Source of the DNA: Rhizodiscina lignyota
Lineage: Eukaryota
Reading direction: 5' to 3'
Assembly: GCA_010015805.1 (NCBI GenBank)
Contig: ML978137.1
Coordinates: forward strand, 372,001 to 436,000
DNA: 64,000 nucleotides
Below, piece by piece: positions 24,711 through 35,698 of the stretch. Under the pieces are notes generated by a model, which saw only the letters and a program-made list of their open reading frames with translations, did no database searches and was not told where the DNA came from. Position 1 is the first letter of the stretch; each line of letters begins with the position of its first letter. Position numbers and translations under genes: made by a program.

Positions 24711-25548
24711 TCAAGGATACGAGACCTCTTTGAGATCTCCAGTCTTGATATCGAATACGAATCCTCGGATCTTTGACTTGAGTTCGTCCCGAATAAAAGG
24801 AGAGTCCCGCAAGAAATCAATACTCTTCTTGACATTGTCGTCCAACGACCTATACCCATCGCGTCAGCCTTATCAGCAGAATCCAGAGATTCAAGAAAAC
24901 ATACCCCAAGATTTGGCCAAAGGTCATGTTGTCAATTTCTGTCTCTTTCCCTGGAGCCTGCTTTTTCAATCCTTCTTTGACGGGATCATCTCGGAAGTGT
25001 GTGGCTCCACAGTCTGCGGGAATTAGATCAATCACGCAAAGCTGGATATCAGTGGATTGTCAATGCATCATACCAGTGTGCTGGACGACCAGCAAGTCCG
25101 TGAACTCCACCATCGAGTCTAGTGACAGTAGATGAGGCAGGACGTATTGAGCATTACCGCCAGCGACTCGGAGAACAATCGTGTCTACCTCTGAAGCGGA
25201 AAGAGATCATATCAATCGCCAAATCTCTGAGGGAGTTGCAAGAGAGCCCTTACCGTGTGGCTGAATTCTGAATATGAATTCAGGGACACATCGGGGATCG
25301 GCACACGTAACTGGTGGTCTGAATTAGCCTTCTCTATTGAGTGAGGGCTGAAGATCATCGCGGGATACTACTTACTGATCAAGATTCGCGGAAGCTTTTC
25401 GGCAGCAATAAGCTCAGAGAAGAATGGGAGAGGCTGATGCGCGCTCTGGCTGGCTCTGTGCAGAAGTGGTCAGGACTCTTCAAGAAATATGAATCCAGTT
25501 GCAAACCTACTTATGGCGAGCAAGTAGGTCGTCCGCTGTCAAAGGCAT
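24711..25548 (-). CDS. Beta-class carbonic anhydrase (clade D-like), six exons
   Basis: Manual splicing gives MPLTADDLLARHK|ASQ..RILI|ITCADPRCVPEFIFRIQPH|EVDTIVLRVAGGNA..LVVQHT|DCGATHF..FGQILG|SLDDNVKKSIDFLRDSPFI..IRGFVFDIKTGDLKEVSYP*. It has the CxDxR and HxxC zinc ligands and five canonical in-phase GT-AG introns. Confidence 0.92.
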
Positions 25549-28114
25549 TGTCGCTTCGGAGATGCTGAATTTAATAGAGCCTGTATTGAACTGGACCTGT
25601 TCCAAAAGCAGGCAATTTGTTTGAAGAGACTTATACTGATGGTTACGAGCTTGATATGGAGATCGAGTGAATCCATTGTTGTTTTATAGATAAACATCTT
25701 TCCGAATCCGTTAGGAGATTGTCCCATTACGGTCACTGTTGTCGATACTAGCTCCACTTAGTAATACTTAGGAGAAGGCCTCAGACAATCGGTGCAATCA
25801 CAGCACAAGACGCCATCTACATTGCGCTGGCGAATAGAACGGAGCTTTCATAAGCCGGTGGCAAATTATTTCATGTTTGAGGTTGTTGACTTTGCATGCG
25901 GCAACATTTGCCGCATACCCCGCGGAAAACGTGGGCGGTTCACAACGGCTGGTCTGTGCCATTTTCGAGACTTTTGGCAACGTCGTTTCGGATATCTTGC
26001 CTTCTGTGTGCTTTATATCTGCCATGAACAGATACCGATCAGTAATGCTTCTATATAGATCAACAAATACCACCGGAGCTTCTCGGGAAGTTATTGATTG
26101 GTATCTTGGCCACATCGCGTTTCCTCTCTCCTTCAGTCTACCTTCGTATACTGTTCATTTCAAGATCTAGTACAGATCAAGACAGGGTTGCGACTCTCAT
26201 GTCGCTCGACCTAGCAGAGCGCACTATGTGGGGCTGTACGGTCCCCGATTTATGTAACAGGCGTGGCGGTTCCAGCTTTGACCATCGCGGCATAGTATGC
26301 TGAATACATTCTGCATCTTTTTCTGCCGTTCTCATAGCAACCTCGAATCAGAGTCGAGTCCTACCGAAGCGGTGAGCTGTCGCGCGAGATGCTCCCGTGG
26401 TCGCTTCCATTTCAGCAAATCGGAGCCGGGATGGGATGCATCACGAAGAAACATCGATCCGCCAGGGCCAAGTATGCAAGATGTCTGGTGAAGACTTCTA
26501 ATCGCTGCAGCAGAGTATGGCCATTGTAGGACACGTTGTTGCTCATGGTCCACATCAACCACGAGGTCTCCGCTTCAGCGAACATGCCATTTTGAGTAAT
26601 TTTGCAGCAAGACGCGGAGTTCTTGCATGGTTTCTTCGTTTCGATCCGGTTGCTGAGTCATGATCGTCTTGGTGGCTCTCTTGAATAAGCCTGGAGCATA
26701 CGCTGAAATCATACAGAAGGCCACGACGCATTAGGCTCGATCCCCGCACGGCAGTCCAGGAAGAAAGTCGATAGAAGAGCGTTTTGCCACCCTGGTTTAT
26801 CCAGGAAATTGCTCACATTCGCGAAGCTTAGTTCTACCATCTGTCCAAGATCAGTATCCTTTCATAAACATGCAAACATGCAGCTTGCTTTATACCATCA
26901 GTTCCGCCTGCGCTATGAACACCTCTTTCTGGACCTCCGTGGTGGGATTATGAGTGCCAAGTGCTCCTAAAACATCAAATGACCTTGGGAGCGCATTGCC
27001 CAGGCTTGCTCGCCGGAATTACCAAGCAGCTGCTCCAAGTTAAGCGAGGGAACAAGCATAGCATTGGCATCTCTCACCTCAAACAGAACCAATAGTAGTG
27101 TAGCATACTAGATGGCCCAATCGACGGCCACGGGTGCGAAAGAGGCGGATGGACTCTGCATCGCTCGAGCATACGTCCGAACAACGTGAGCGGCAGCCAA
27201 TCGTCCTTCCGTATCCTGCAGCACGCAATGCCGAACAGATGTGCTATGACACAGTCGGTAAGGTCATCCAAACATTTGCTGGACCCATATACTTGAGGAA
27301 GGGTTGGAGGGGTAGAGTCCTTGGATTCGAATTTGCGTCAGCCACTGCAGCATGACTAAGAAGCATTTCGATGAGGTCAGACTGTACCAGGGTAGATGTT
27401 CGTGTCACATTATACGTCCCTTTGTTGGGAGCGGTAGCGGACAGTGGAAATTCCTCTCGAATGTCTGATGGCAGGTTTGCCTAAAGTTCGAGAAATGGTT
27501 CGATGGCCATGATAGTATTCTGATGTCACCCGCGGCAGCCGTGATCGACTGATTGAATCTCGTACATCGTTGGAAAGAAAGCCTGGTATCTGTCAGACAC
27601 TGACACTTGCTTCTATTCTTCGGTTCCTGCGCGTTGCCGTACTCACTCGCCTAGATACACACTCTCCGAATGATGCGTCGCTCAGCGATGATCAGTTCTC
27701 GATCCTCTGTGTTCTAGTCGATGAACTCCAAGCGTCGTATGTTCGACTCGAGAATCTTCTACCTCCGTCATTTCCCTTCACGGAAGTTAGGCTGTTGTGG
27801 ATAGAAGTATTTCATAGCGGAAAGTTGATTAATATACGACGGTGCCACCATCAGGGTACAGCTATCTCGAAACGGCATATGTTTGTTGCAATTCTTCTCT
27901 TGCTCGACAAATCGAAATGGCGTTCTTCTCTCGAACCCATTCCCTGGTTGGCCGCTTACTCTTCTTACTTTGGAATGGAGAATACTTGTCTCAGAGGTCT
28001 AGCTTGGAGTATCGTGTAATCACACTGGTCTATGTTCACTTGACACTGACAAGGTTTGTAGTCGGGCTGTGGACACTTCCATGAGAGTAATTGAATTAAG
28101 CACACCATGTTTAG

Positions 28115-28275
28115 TGCAGAGTAGCATGAGAGTAGCTTAACGAAAACGTGAAACAATGCCTTTAACTTGAGTACAAGAGCGAGCGATACATAATTTAGAC
28201 ATGGAGGTACGGAGGAGAAGTTCTGGTGGATACGGAAGTACAGCCGAAACGCGCTATTCCCGTTTTAGTTAGGGA
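28115..28275 (+). repeat. Copy 1 of a diverged non-coding direct repeat upstream of HET gene 1
   Basis: Aligns by eye with 31051-31241, e.g. tgcagagtagcatgagagtagcttaacgaaaacgtgaaacaat vs tgtagagtaacatgagagtagtttaccgaaaacgtgaaataat. Confidence 0.9.
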
Positions 28276-28734
28276 CGCTGTGGGAGTTGAAAGCCCTGCT
28301 CTCCACCCTCTCCTTACTCCTTGATTGGTAGGCACGTCTGTCGTATACGAAGGATCTCGAACACTACGCCGGAGTTTTCCAGCGATCTGCCACCCAAGCC
28401 TTCTACTCCCTGGATATTAGATCCTTCGTACGGACCGGGTAGTCAGCCTTGCACTGCGCAGTCACTGACGTCAACCCAAAATGCGTACTGCCACAGTCCG
28501 TCCTTCTACAGGATTTCCTTCCTATGTCCAGCTCGACACTCCTCGTTATATGCTCTCGTAGTTCGTTCCATGCTTTGAACGTTTCAGTTACACTGTCTTC
28601 GCCGAGTCTTGCTTGCTACCATACTGTTCCGCCAAAGGAGATTCGATTCGAACCCATTGGTCTTCGCAGGCCGCATCTCAAAGGCCTTAGACTGGAGTAG
28701 CTGACCTAAAGTGAAGCAAACCTTGAGAACCGCA

Positions 28735-30783
28735 ATGGGCCAGAAGGCATCTATACCGGCAGGAAGATGTGAAGCATGTAGAGACCTCAGCAATTTCAAA
28801 TTTGTCTCACACTGGCCATTCCCCGAAGGCGTTGAACTTTACTCTTCGTTCGGGGCTTTGGAGAAGTCGGCAACTGCTGGATGTGATCTATGCCGATACT
28901 GGCGCGCAAGTTTGATACTCAAAGCAAGAGACCACGGCCTTTCTCATGCCGCTCTCGTAAGGTCTTCTGCGCCTGTAAAGTTTACCGGAGGGCTTTGTCG
29001 GCTCAGCAGTGTGCCCCTTATCAAGCGCCCGAAGGAAATTCCAGTAACGCTGATGCGGTGCCTCCGTTTCGGTCCCTATCGTGAGATAAGGATCAGCTGT
29101 GGCCAGATCATTTGCGTGACCTGGTCCGACTGGTGGCAACGGGAGGGTCAAACGCAACTTATACCGGAGTACGACTCATCATCAGATATTTCCAAGACTC
29201 TTGCTCTTGCGAAAAGCTCGTTGGAGCGGTGCATCAAAGAAGATGACGAGTGCACAAGTGGTGGGACGGCCGATCTACCACTTCGCCTGATCGATATAGG
29301 CACTGCTCAAGACATAACCGAACCGAAATTGGTTGAGACTGCAGGTATTCAGCCCGACCAATCAAGCACGATCAGTCAATCTTCAACGGCTCATCTAGAC
29401 TACTGTGTACTGAGCTACTGCTGGGGCGGTAGCGCCAATAGACTCCGGTTGAGCAAGGATAACTTACCTCATTTCTTGAACGGCATTTCGTGGGACAAGA
29501 TACCCAGGACGATCCAGGACGCTATTGTTATCACGCGGGAGTTGGGAGTGAGGTACCTCTGGGTCGACGCGTTGTGCATAATTCAACCTACAGAGAAGGA
29601 TCGGTCGGAATGGATACATCAATCCTCTAACATGATTTCCATCTATCGAGGGGCGGTATGCACTATTAGTGCCCTCGAAGCGTATAACAGTTCGCAAGGC
29701 TGCTTCCTGGAGCAGCAATGGCGGAAGTTCCCCATCGCCCCTTCCACCATCATGTTCAAGAAACACTTTCCTCGAGGTCGGTCCTGGACCCTGCAACCTC
29801 CTGATCCTCTTGATGCGAATTATCGGAAGTGTCCTCTAAACCGTCGAGGATGGGCTCTGCAGGAGAGATGCATCTCGCGGCGCATTCTTCACTGCACAGT
29901 TGCCGGTATAGTCTGGGAATGTAACAAAATCACAGAGAAGCCAATTGAGTGGCTTTTGGATGGATCTGTCGTCGCGCCTCTGATCTCAGCCGAGGCACTT
30001 TCCAACCGAAGCAATCGCCAACTTCAAGACGAGTGGAGACTGGTGCTCCAAGACTATACATCTAGGCGGCTTACTGTCGAGTCAGATGTACTTGTGGCGA
30101 TCTCTGGTCTTGCTAAAGCCTTCTCGCAAGCACTGAACGATGAGTATTTTGCAGGGATGTGGAGATCAGAACTCATTCCATGGCTATTGTGGTCTCAGAC
30201 ACCAAGCGAGTACGAGGTTTCAGCAATCAGCCAAAAACCAGATGGAGAGACTCAGTATCTGGCGCCTACTTGGTCGTGGGCAACGAAAGCTGGCGTACCG
30301 ACGAGGTGGCATTGGTCGTTGGATTCTCCGTATCAGCCTATAAGTGGAGTCATGGTCCACGACCAGGACACCTTCGTCACGCTTAAGACTGATGATCCCA
30401 CAGGGTCCGTGGTTGACGGCCAGCTACGGATGACAGGACCACTTGTGACTGTGGTGTTCCAGGACGATTGGAAGTCGCAAAGTCTGTCATTCAGCTATCG
30501 CGGATCTGCTGTTCATCCGCCAGGCTGCGCGATAACTGCAGACTTCGACAATGGGACAGATCAAGTGCGTGGGTCGAGCGTCCTTTGCATCATACTTGAA
30601 CAGGGCTTCTTTGGCTTGATGCTTCGTGCTGTTGATCCGTCAGTACATCGTTACAAACGTCTCGGACTCATATTCCTTCATCGCGCATTCAGGAACGATC
30701 AGAGCTCATTCTCATATGAAGAGTTTACTGATCAATTTCTAACACGGTATGTGGACTCATGGGAAACCATCACACTGATATGA
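28735..30783 (+). CDS. HET-domain (heterokaryon incompatibility) protein, TOL-like architecture
   Basis: 'LPLRLIDIG', 'YCVLSYCWG', 'PRTIQDAIVITRELGVRYLWVDALCIIQ', 'MISIYRGA', 'PLNRRGWALQER', 'YFAGMW', 'APTWSWA'. Continuous ORF. Confidence 0.93.
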   Translation: MGQKASIPAGRCEACRDLSNFKFVSHWPFPEGVELYSSFGALEKSATAGCDLCRYWRASLILKARDHGLSHAALVRSSAPVKFTGGLCRLSSVPLIKRPKEIPVTLMRCLRFGPYREIRISCGQIICVTWSDWWQREGQTQLIPEYDSSSDISKTLALAKSSLERCIKEDDECTSGGTADLPLRLIDIGTAQDITEPKLVETAGIQPDQSSTISQSSTAHLDYCVLSYCWGGSANRLRLSKDNLPHFLNGISWDKIPRTIQDAIVITRELGVRYLWVDALCIIQPTEKDRSEWIHQSSNMISIYRGAVCTISALEAYNSSQGCFLEQQWRKFPIAPSTIMFKKHFPRGRSWTLQPPDPLDANYRKCPLNRRGWALQERCISRRILHCTVAGIVWECNKITEKPIEWLLDGSVVAPLISAEALSNRSNRQLQDEWRLVLQDYTSRRLTVESDVLVAISGLAKAFSQALNDEYFAGMWRSELIPWLLWSQTPSEYEVSAISQKPDGETQYLAPTWSWATKAGVPTRWHWSLDSPYQPISGVMVHDQDTFVTLKTDDPTGSVVDGQLRMTGPLVTVVFQDDWKSQSLSFSYRGSAVHPPGCAITADFDNGTDQVRGSSVLCIILEQGFFGLMLRAVDPSVHRYKRLGLIFLHRAFRNDQSSFSYEEFTDQFLTRYVDSWETITLI

Positions 30784-31050
30784 TCCTATTGCAGTAGTTG
30801 GGTGCTGCTCTATCGCGTATGTAAGATTATCTCGTACTTAATGACCTCCACCCTCGAGCTAACCTGAGTCTATATAAACTGTTGATCACAGACTTTGAGG
30901 CTATCAGTCAAGGATTGAGGTTCGAGGCTATCTTTCCGGAGCCAGGTTCCGTTTTTCGTTGTTACGCTCAGTTGTTGAGGCGAAATTTCCAAGCGGTAAG
31001 TACGATAGGGGACACCATACTTGTCCCTGGCTGGAAGCAGACGTATATAT

Positions 31051-31241
31051 TGTAGAGTAACATGAGAGTAGTTTACCGAAAACGTGAAATAATAAGCCCA
31101 ACTTGAGTGCAATAGTGAGTGATAATAATTCCAAGTGATACATGATTTAAATATATGTAAGGTACGGAGTGGAAGCTCTGGCTAATATATAGAGAAACTT
31201 CAGACGAAATGGAACTGCGCTATTCCAATTTGAGCTAGGGA
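31051..31241 (+). repeat. Copy 2 of the direct repeat, upstream of HET gene 2
   Basis: Shares the blocks catgagagtag, cgaaaacgtgaaa, aacttgagt, aggtacggag, gcgctattcc and taggga with 28115-28275, in the same order. Confidence 0.9.
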
Positions 31242-31611
31242 GACGGGATTCCAGGCCTCAGCTTCATCTTCACCTTTGTGTTTCGTCCAGCTCCACCACC
31301 TGCTACTGTAGGCCTATGAATTCAGTGCCTATGTGCTCATCATCCCATTACTAGCTATGGGGCTTGCCTCGCAGTGGGATATTTGAGATCAAGCCGTCCT
31401 CGTGATAGATACGTCGTTACCGGTGGCTCGTTGCGAAGTCGCTTCCTCAGCTTTCACCTTTCATGTCCGACGCGGCCTCCCAGAGAAGCAGAGTACATAG
31501 TTTCCCTTTAGAATTCTTGTGTTGATACACCACTATTCAGGGCTAAAAGAAGATGAATTGTGGTCCCTCTAATTGAGTCGACTTGAGCTGCTCCCAAGTT
31601 AGGAGAGCAAG

Positions 31612-33265
31612 ATGCGACTCCTCCAGACGAGAGCATTGAAGTTGTTCCAATTCTATGGCGATTTCATTCCGAGCTACGCGATTCTATCGCACACCTGGGG
31701 TCTAGAAGAAGTCACGTTCCAAGACATGCAAAATGGGAAGGCTGCCTCGAAAACAGGCTATGAGAAAATCCAGAGCTGCTGCGACCAAGCGGTAGAAGAC
31801 GGGTTCCAATATTGCTGGATAGACACGTGCTGTATCGACAAGACGAGCAGCTCCGAGCTTTCCGAGGCTATCAATTCTATGTTTAGCTGGTATGCAAAGG
31901 CCGAGCGTTGCTACGTCCACCTCTCCGACCTTCCGCCAGAGCTGTCTGAATCAGACGTGCTTGAGGAGCTGCCAGACTGCCGTTGGTTCACAAGAGGCTG
32001 GAACCTGCAGGAACTACTAGCGCCGAAAGAGGTTGTTTTCTATTCGAGCGACTGGGCAAGAGATCGGCACTAGATCCAAGTGGGCGGCGACCATCTCTAA
32101 GATAACGTCAATACATGAGGATGCTCTTACAGGTGATTATCCAAATATCGAAGGATATAGTGTCGCACAGAGACTGTCATGGGCGTCCGAACGGCAAACG
32201 ACTCGAATAAAGGATATGGCTTACTCTTTGATGGGAATCTTCAAAGTCCATATGCCGCTTCTTTACGGAGAGGGATGGCGCGCATTTGAGCGATTGCAAG
32301 AAGAAATTATAAAGATCTCCGACGACGATTCGATATTTACATGGCGGGATGCGAGGTCTGATGCTGACGACACATGGACGAGTCTGCTTCCCCCTGCACC
32401 GAGCTATTTTGGCGGATGTTCTAGCATCGCAGCTCCCGCGTACCAAGACTGGAAATCAGGTAGTGAGCCATACGAAATGACCAATGCAGGTCTGCGGATA
32501 AGAACGTCTCTTTTGGTCGATGGCCATGATTCCCCGAGAGTCTTCTTAATCCTTCGATGCTATGATGAAATCGCACCGGAGAGGATGATCGGAGTTCCGT
32601 TGGCTCCTTTGTCGTCTGACTGGGATCAATATGCGCGAAAGCCAGGCTGGCAGTACCTCACAGGCCGTGGCTGTAGGTTTCTTCCCAAGAAGACAATCTA
32701 CATCAGGAATCATTTTGGCCGTGTCGGTGCCGTGCTCTCTCTACAGACTGGGAGGTCATTATCATTCCAGGTTTTGTTGAATCCTGGCGATCCAATACTC
32801 GAGGTCCAAGCTGCTTGGCCATTCACTCAGTGGGATCCAGATTCGAACCTGATTCTACCGCCGCCCGAATCTGGCAACGATTCGAAAGATTCGCTTGGGG
32901 ACTTCCCCGATCCTGCCCTATTTAATTGGAGCTGGCATGTCTCTCTACATGTCTGTGTACGACTTGGTGAGCTTTCGATGGAAGAAGACCCCACCGAACT
33001 GGTCATAACCATTGGATACAATGGACGAAATGATCGATGTTGGTCTATGATTGGGCCTAATGAGAAAGGAGATTTGGAACATAATTGGTCTGTAACTCCG
33101 TACTCGGGTCAGCCAGAGTATATCTATGCGTTGGATAAATTCGCAGACAGCGGATTTTCAAGTTTAAGAGTCGCCCTCGTCGGTCCGGATGGCGATCTTG
33201 ATTCTGATCCGATCACACCCAGCTGGACCGGAGAGCCGTTTCAAGCTATCATTAGCATCGAGTGA
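31612..33265 (+). pseudogene. HET-domain protein (HET-E N-terminus-like subfamily) disrupted by a 1-nt frameshift; pseudogene or sequencing error
   Basis: 'MRLLQT..YAILSHTWG..WIDTCCIDKTSSSELSEAINSMFSWY..WFTRGWNLQELLAP..FYSSDW' continues in another frame as 'QEIGTR..SVAQRLSWASERQTTR..AYSLMGIF..MPLLYGEG..AFERLQEEI'. One extra G in the run 32054-32056. Confidence 0.88.
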
Positions 33266-33998
33266 AGCAGGAGTTAGAGACTCGGCTGATATTGGACTTG
33301 GCTGGCGCGTCGCGCCATTTCCGGGTTAGCCTGAGACAATTAATAGCGTCAACTCGGACGACATCTTACGAAGAGCTGTAATCTGGGAATCAGAATCCTT
33401 CGTATGTTTTGTGGACAGATCCGATACCCATGGCTGGTACGTCGAGAGACGACCAAGCAGGCTGTGGAGACTTGAATCTCTTAGCTCCTCTGTATACCTA
33501 GCACAGACGGTACCATACGCCGAACATGTGTTCAATAATATGCAGAACTCACTCATACCGCTTGCGCTGACTTAGGGAAATCCATGTGTTTAGTAGAGGT
33601 GCGTTGCTAACCATATCAAGGTTGAGGTGGATATCTGAGTTCTTCTTCGCCCTCTTTGTAGGCATCGCCGTAGACTAAGGACGTTTTCAGCGAGAGATTC
33701 GCAATTTAGTTCAGGAATGAGCACTCCGTAGTGCCAATTACATGATTCCACGTGATGATTCAGGAGACGATGTGGCACATGCTGGAGGTGCCACACGCTG
33801 GAGGTGCCACGATGCCACTTAGGTAACGCATGAAGGCCCCGCGCTGTCCGACACGTTCATCCCACCAACGGCTGCCCCACCCTCCCGATGGTTCATTAGC
33901 GCTCCCGTTGTTCCCTTCAATGAACCTTCCTTCAATCAATTACTTCATACTCTCGTTTGACGCTTCAATGAAGCTTGCAAAGGCTTCAGCAATGCGCT

Positions 33999-35508
33999 AT
34001 GGTTCGTTTTGTGGATCTTGACGCTGAGGCAATCGATCCTCATGCCGACCCTCACTTTCGTTCGGTCTATCATGCTCCTGAAGCCCGTGGCAGCGATTCG
34101 ATAACGACAAAGAGCTCTACGCGCGATGGCGTAACGACAAGTGACGAGGTCACAGATAGGCCGAATCCAAACATTAACGGCTTCTCTGCTATCCTCAGCT
34201 GCTACCCGTAAGCTTGCAACTGCCCCTCAACTTCCAAGTCTCGATTCTGAAACAACATGACGAAGCATCGTATCCCAGCTCGCGACTCAGCTCGACCTGA
34301 ACTCCCTTCACGATCTCGCCTCTGTATGCAGACAATTCAGAGTCAATCTCCTTCAATATCGCGGTCAGCTCGTCAAGCAGACATTGCGTTGCTCGAATGA
34401 GACCCTCAACATCGGCCCGCGCCTTGCGGATCGTATGCGCCAGTCGCGCGAAGCATGGAATGACCGCGGCGCTGGCGTATCGTTGATGGGATCCGGCCGA
34501 ATACAAAGTGGCCGAGTGGGACAATGTGCGAGAGACATGGTTGGAGAATGTCGACGGTGCGGAAAGGTGGTGTGTCGTGTACGACTGCTCTTGTCGTGAG
34601 AAGCGTGTGTAGAAATGCTACAGCTTCCACAACTCTTCAGATCGCCATTTCATGTAGTACTCATTTCTCCGCAGAACTGCGTAATCAAGCCTCCACCGCA
34701 AAACGCGCTGACAGGGCGTTTCCGTCGGCTTTGCAAGACGTGCATTAAGGCACCGCTTGAATTACTGACCGCCCCAACGAACGACGATGAGGACGACTCC
34801 TCCAGCGAACTCCACGACGATGACGGACATTTGAGAGCAGCGCACCACTCCATACTACTACAGGCTCACAAAGGCTTGATTGGTCACAACCAAAGCTCTA
34901 CAACCCAACCCGCCTTCACCTCTTCCGCCTTCACACGCGGTCCGTGTACCTGCCCGGATCATATGTTTTTATGCCACGAGTGCGGAAGGAAGTTAAGGTC
35001 CGACGACGCGACGTACATGCGCGGGTGGAAGTGGCGGACACATTACAGCGCGAAGCTGGGCGGACTAGGAGCAGGCATCGGCGAAGGCCATGAAGGCGTC
35101 AAATGCGGACGCAACAAGGCATGTCTTGCCGCACGCATTGTCGAGACGGAGACGGAGTGCTCGGCTGATGAGTTGGCGAACCTGCAGCGCGACTCGGAAA
35201 GAGTTGAGATAGAAGGCCTGGGCAGGAGTTGGGAAGGCACCAGCTACCTGGCGCAAGAGATTGAGGGCGTCGGAGGCGCAATGAAGCTCAAAGTCAGGAA
35301 GCAAGTGCGAGTCGGTGCGGTAGTAAGAGAATACGAGGACGAGCGAAAAGGTCAAGGTGGAGGCTTTCTTGAACGAGAGCGCAAGAATCTCATAAGGAGC
35401 TGGTGCGCGTGGTGCGAGCGCGTTGTTCCCGGCGTCAAAGACGCTGACGGGGAGTGGGGACGAAGAGGATCGAGCACAAGCAGCTCTGGCTCAGACAGTG
35501 GCCTCTAG
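33999..35508 (+). CDS. Fungal protein with F-box-like motif and multiple CxxC motifs
   Basis: Splicing (introns near 34208-34265 and 34579-34674) gives 'ILSCYPIVSQLATQLDLNSLHDLASVCRQFR', 'ECRRCGKVVCRNC', 'LCKTC', 'LCHEC', 'WCAWC'. Confidence 0.75.
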
Positions 35509-35698
35509 TGTCATTGAGAGGCGTTTTGGGATTCTTTTTTCATTCAGACTTTTATGAGCGATCAGCAACAAGTCGGCTGCGAAGATATTCCACACGGTTT
35601 GGAACTAGCGACTCCAACCCCCGTGCCTCGATTTTCGTCCTCAAAAATAAGCGCCTACCAGAGAATGCAATAAATGGTCATAATCGCTCTTCCGACCC

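Noticed and set aside
27965..31143. Shared peptide 'FHVFxKLLSCYS' in minus-strand ORFs 27965-28156 and 30928-31143
   Set aside because: Simply reflects the DNA repeat; starts, lengths and flanks are not conserved and indels break the frame.
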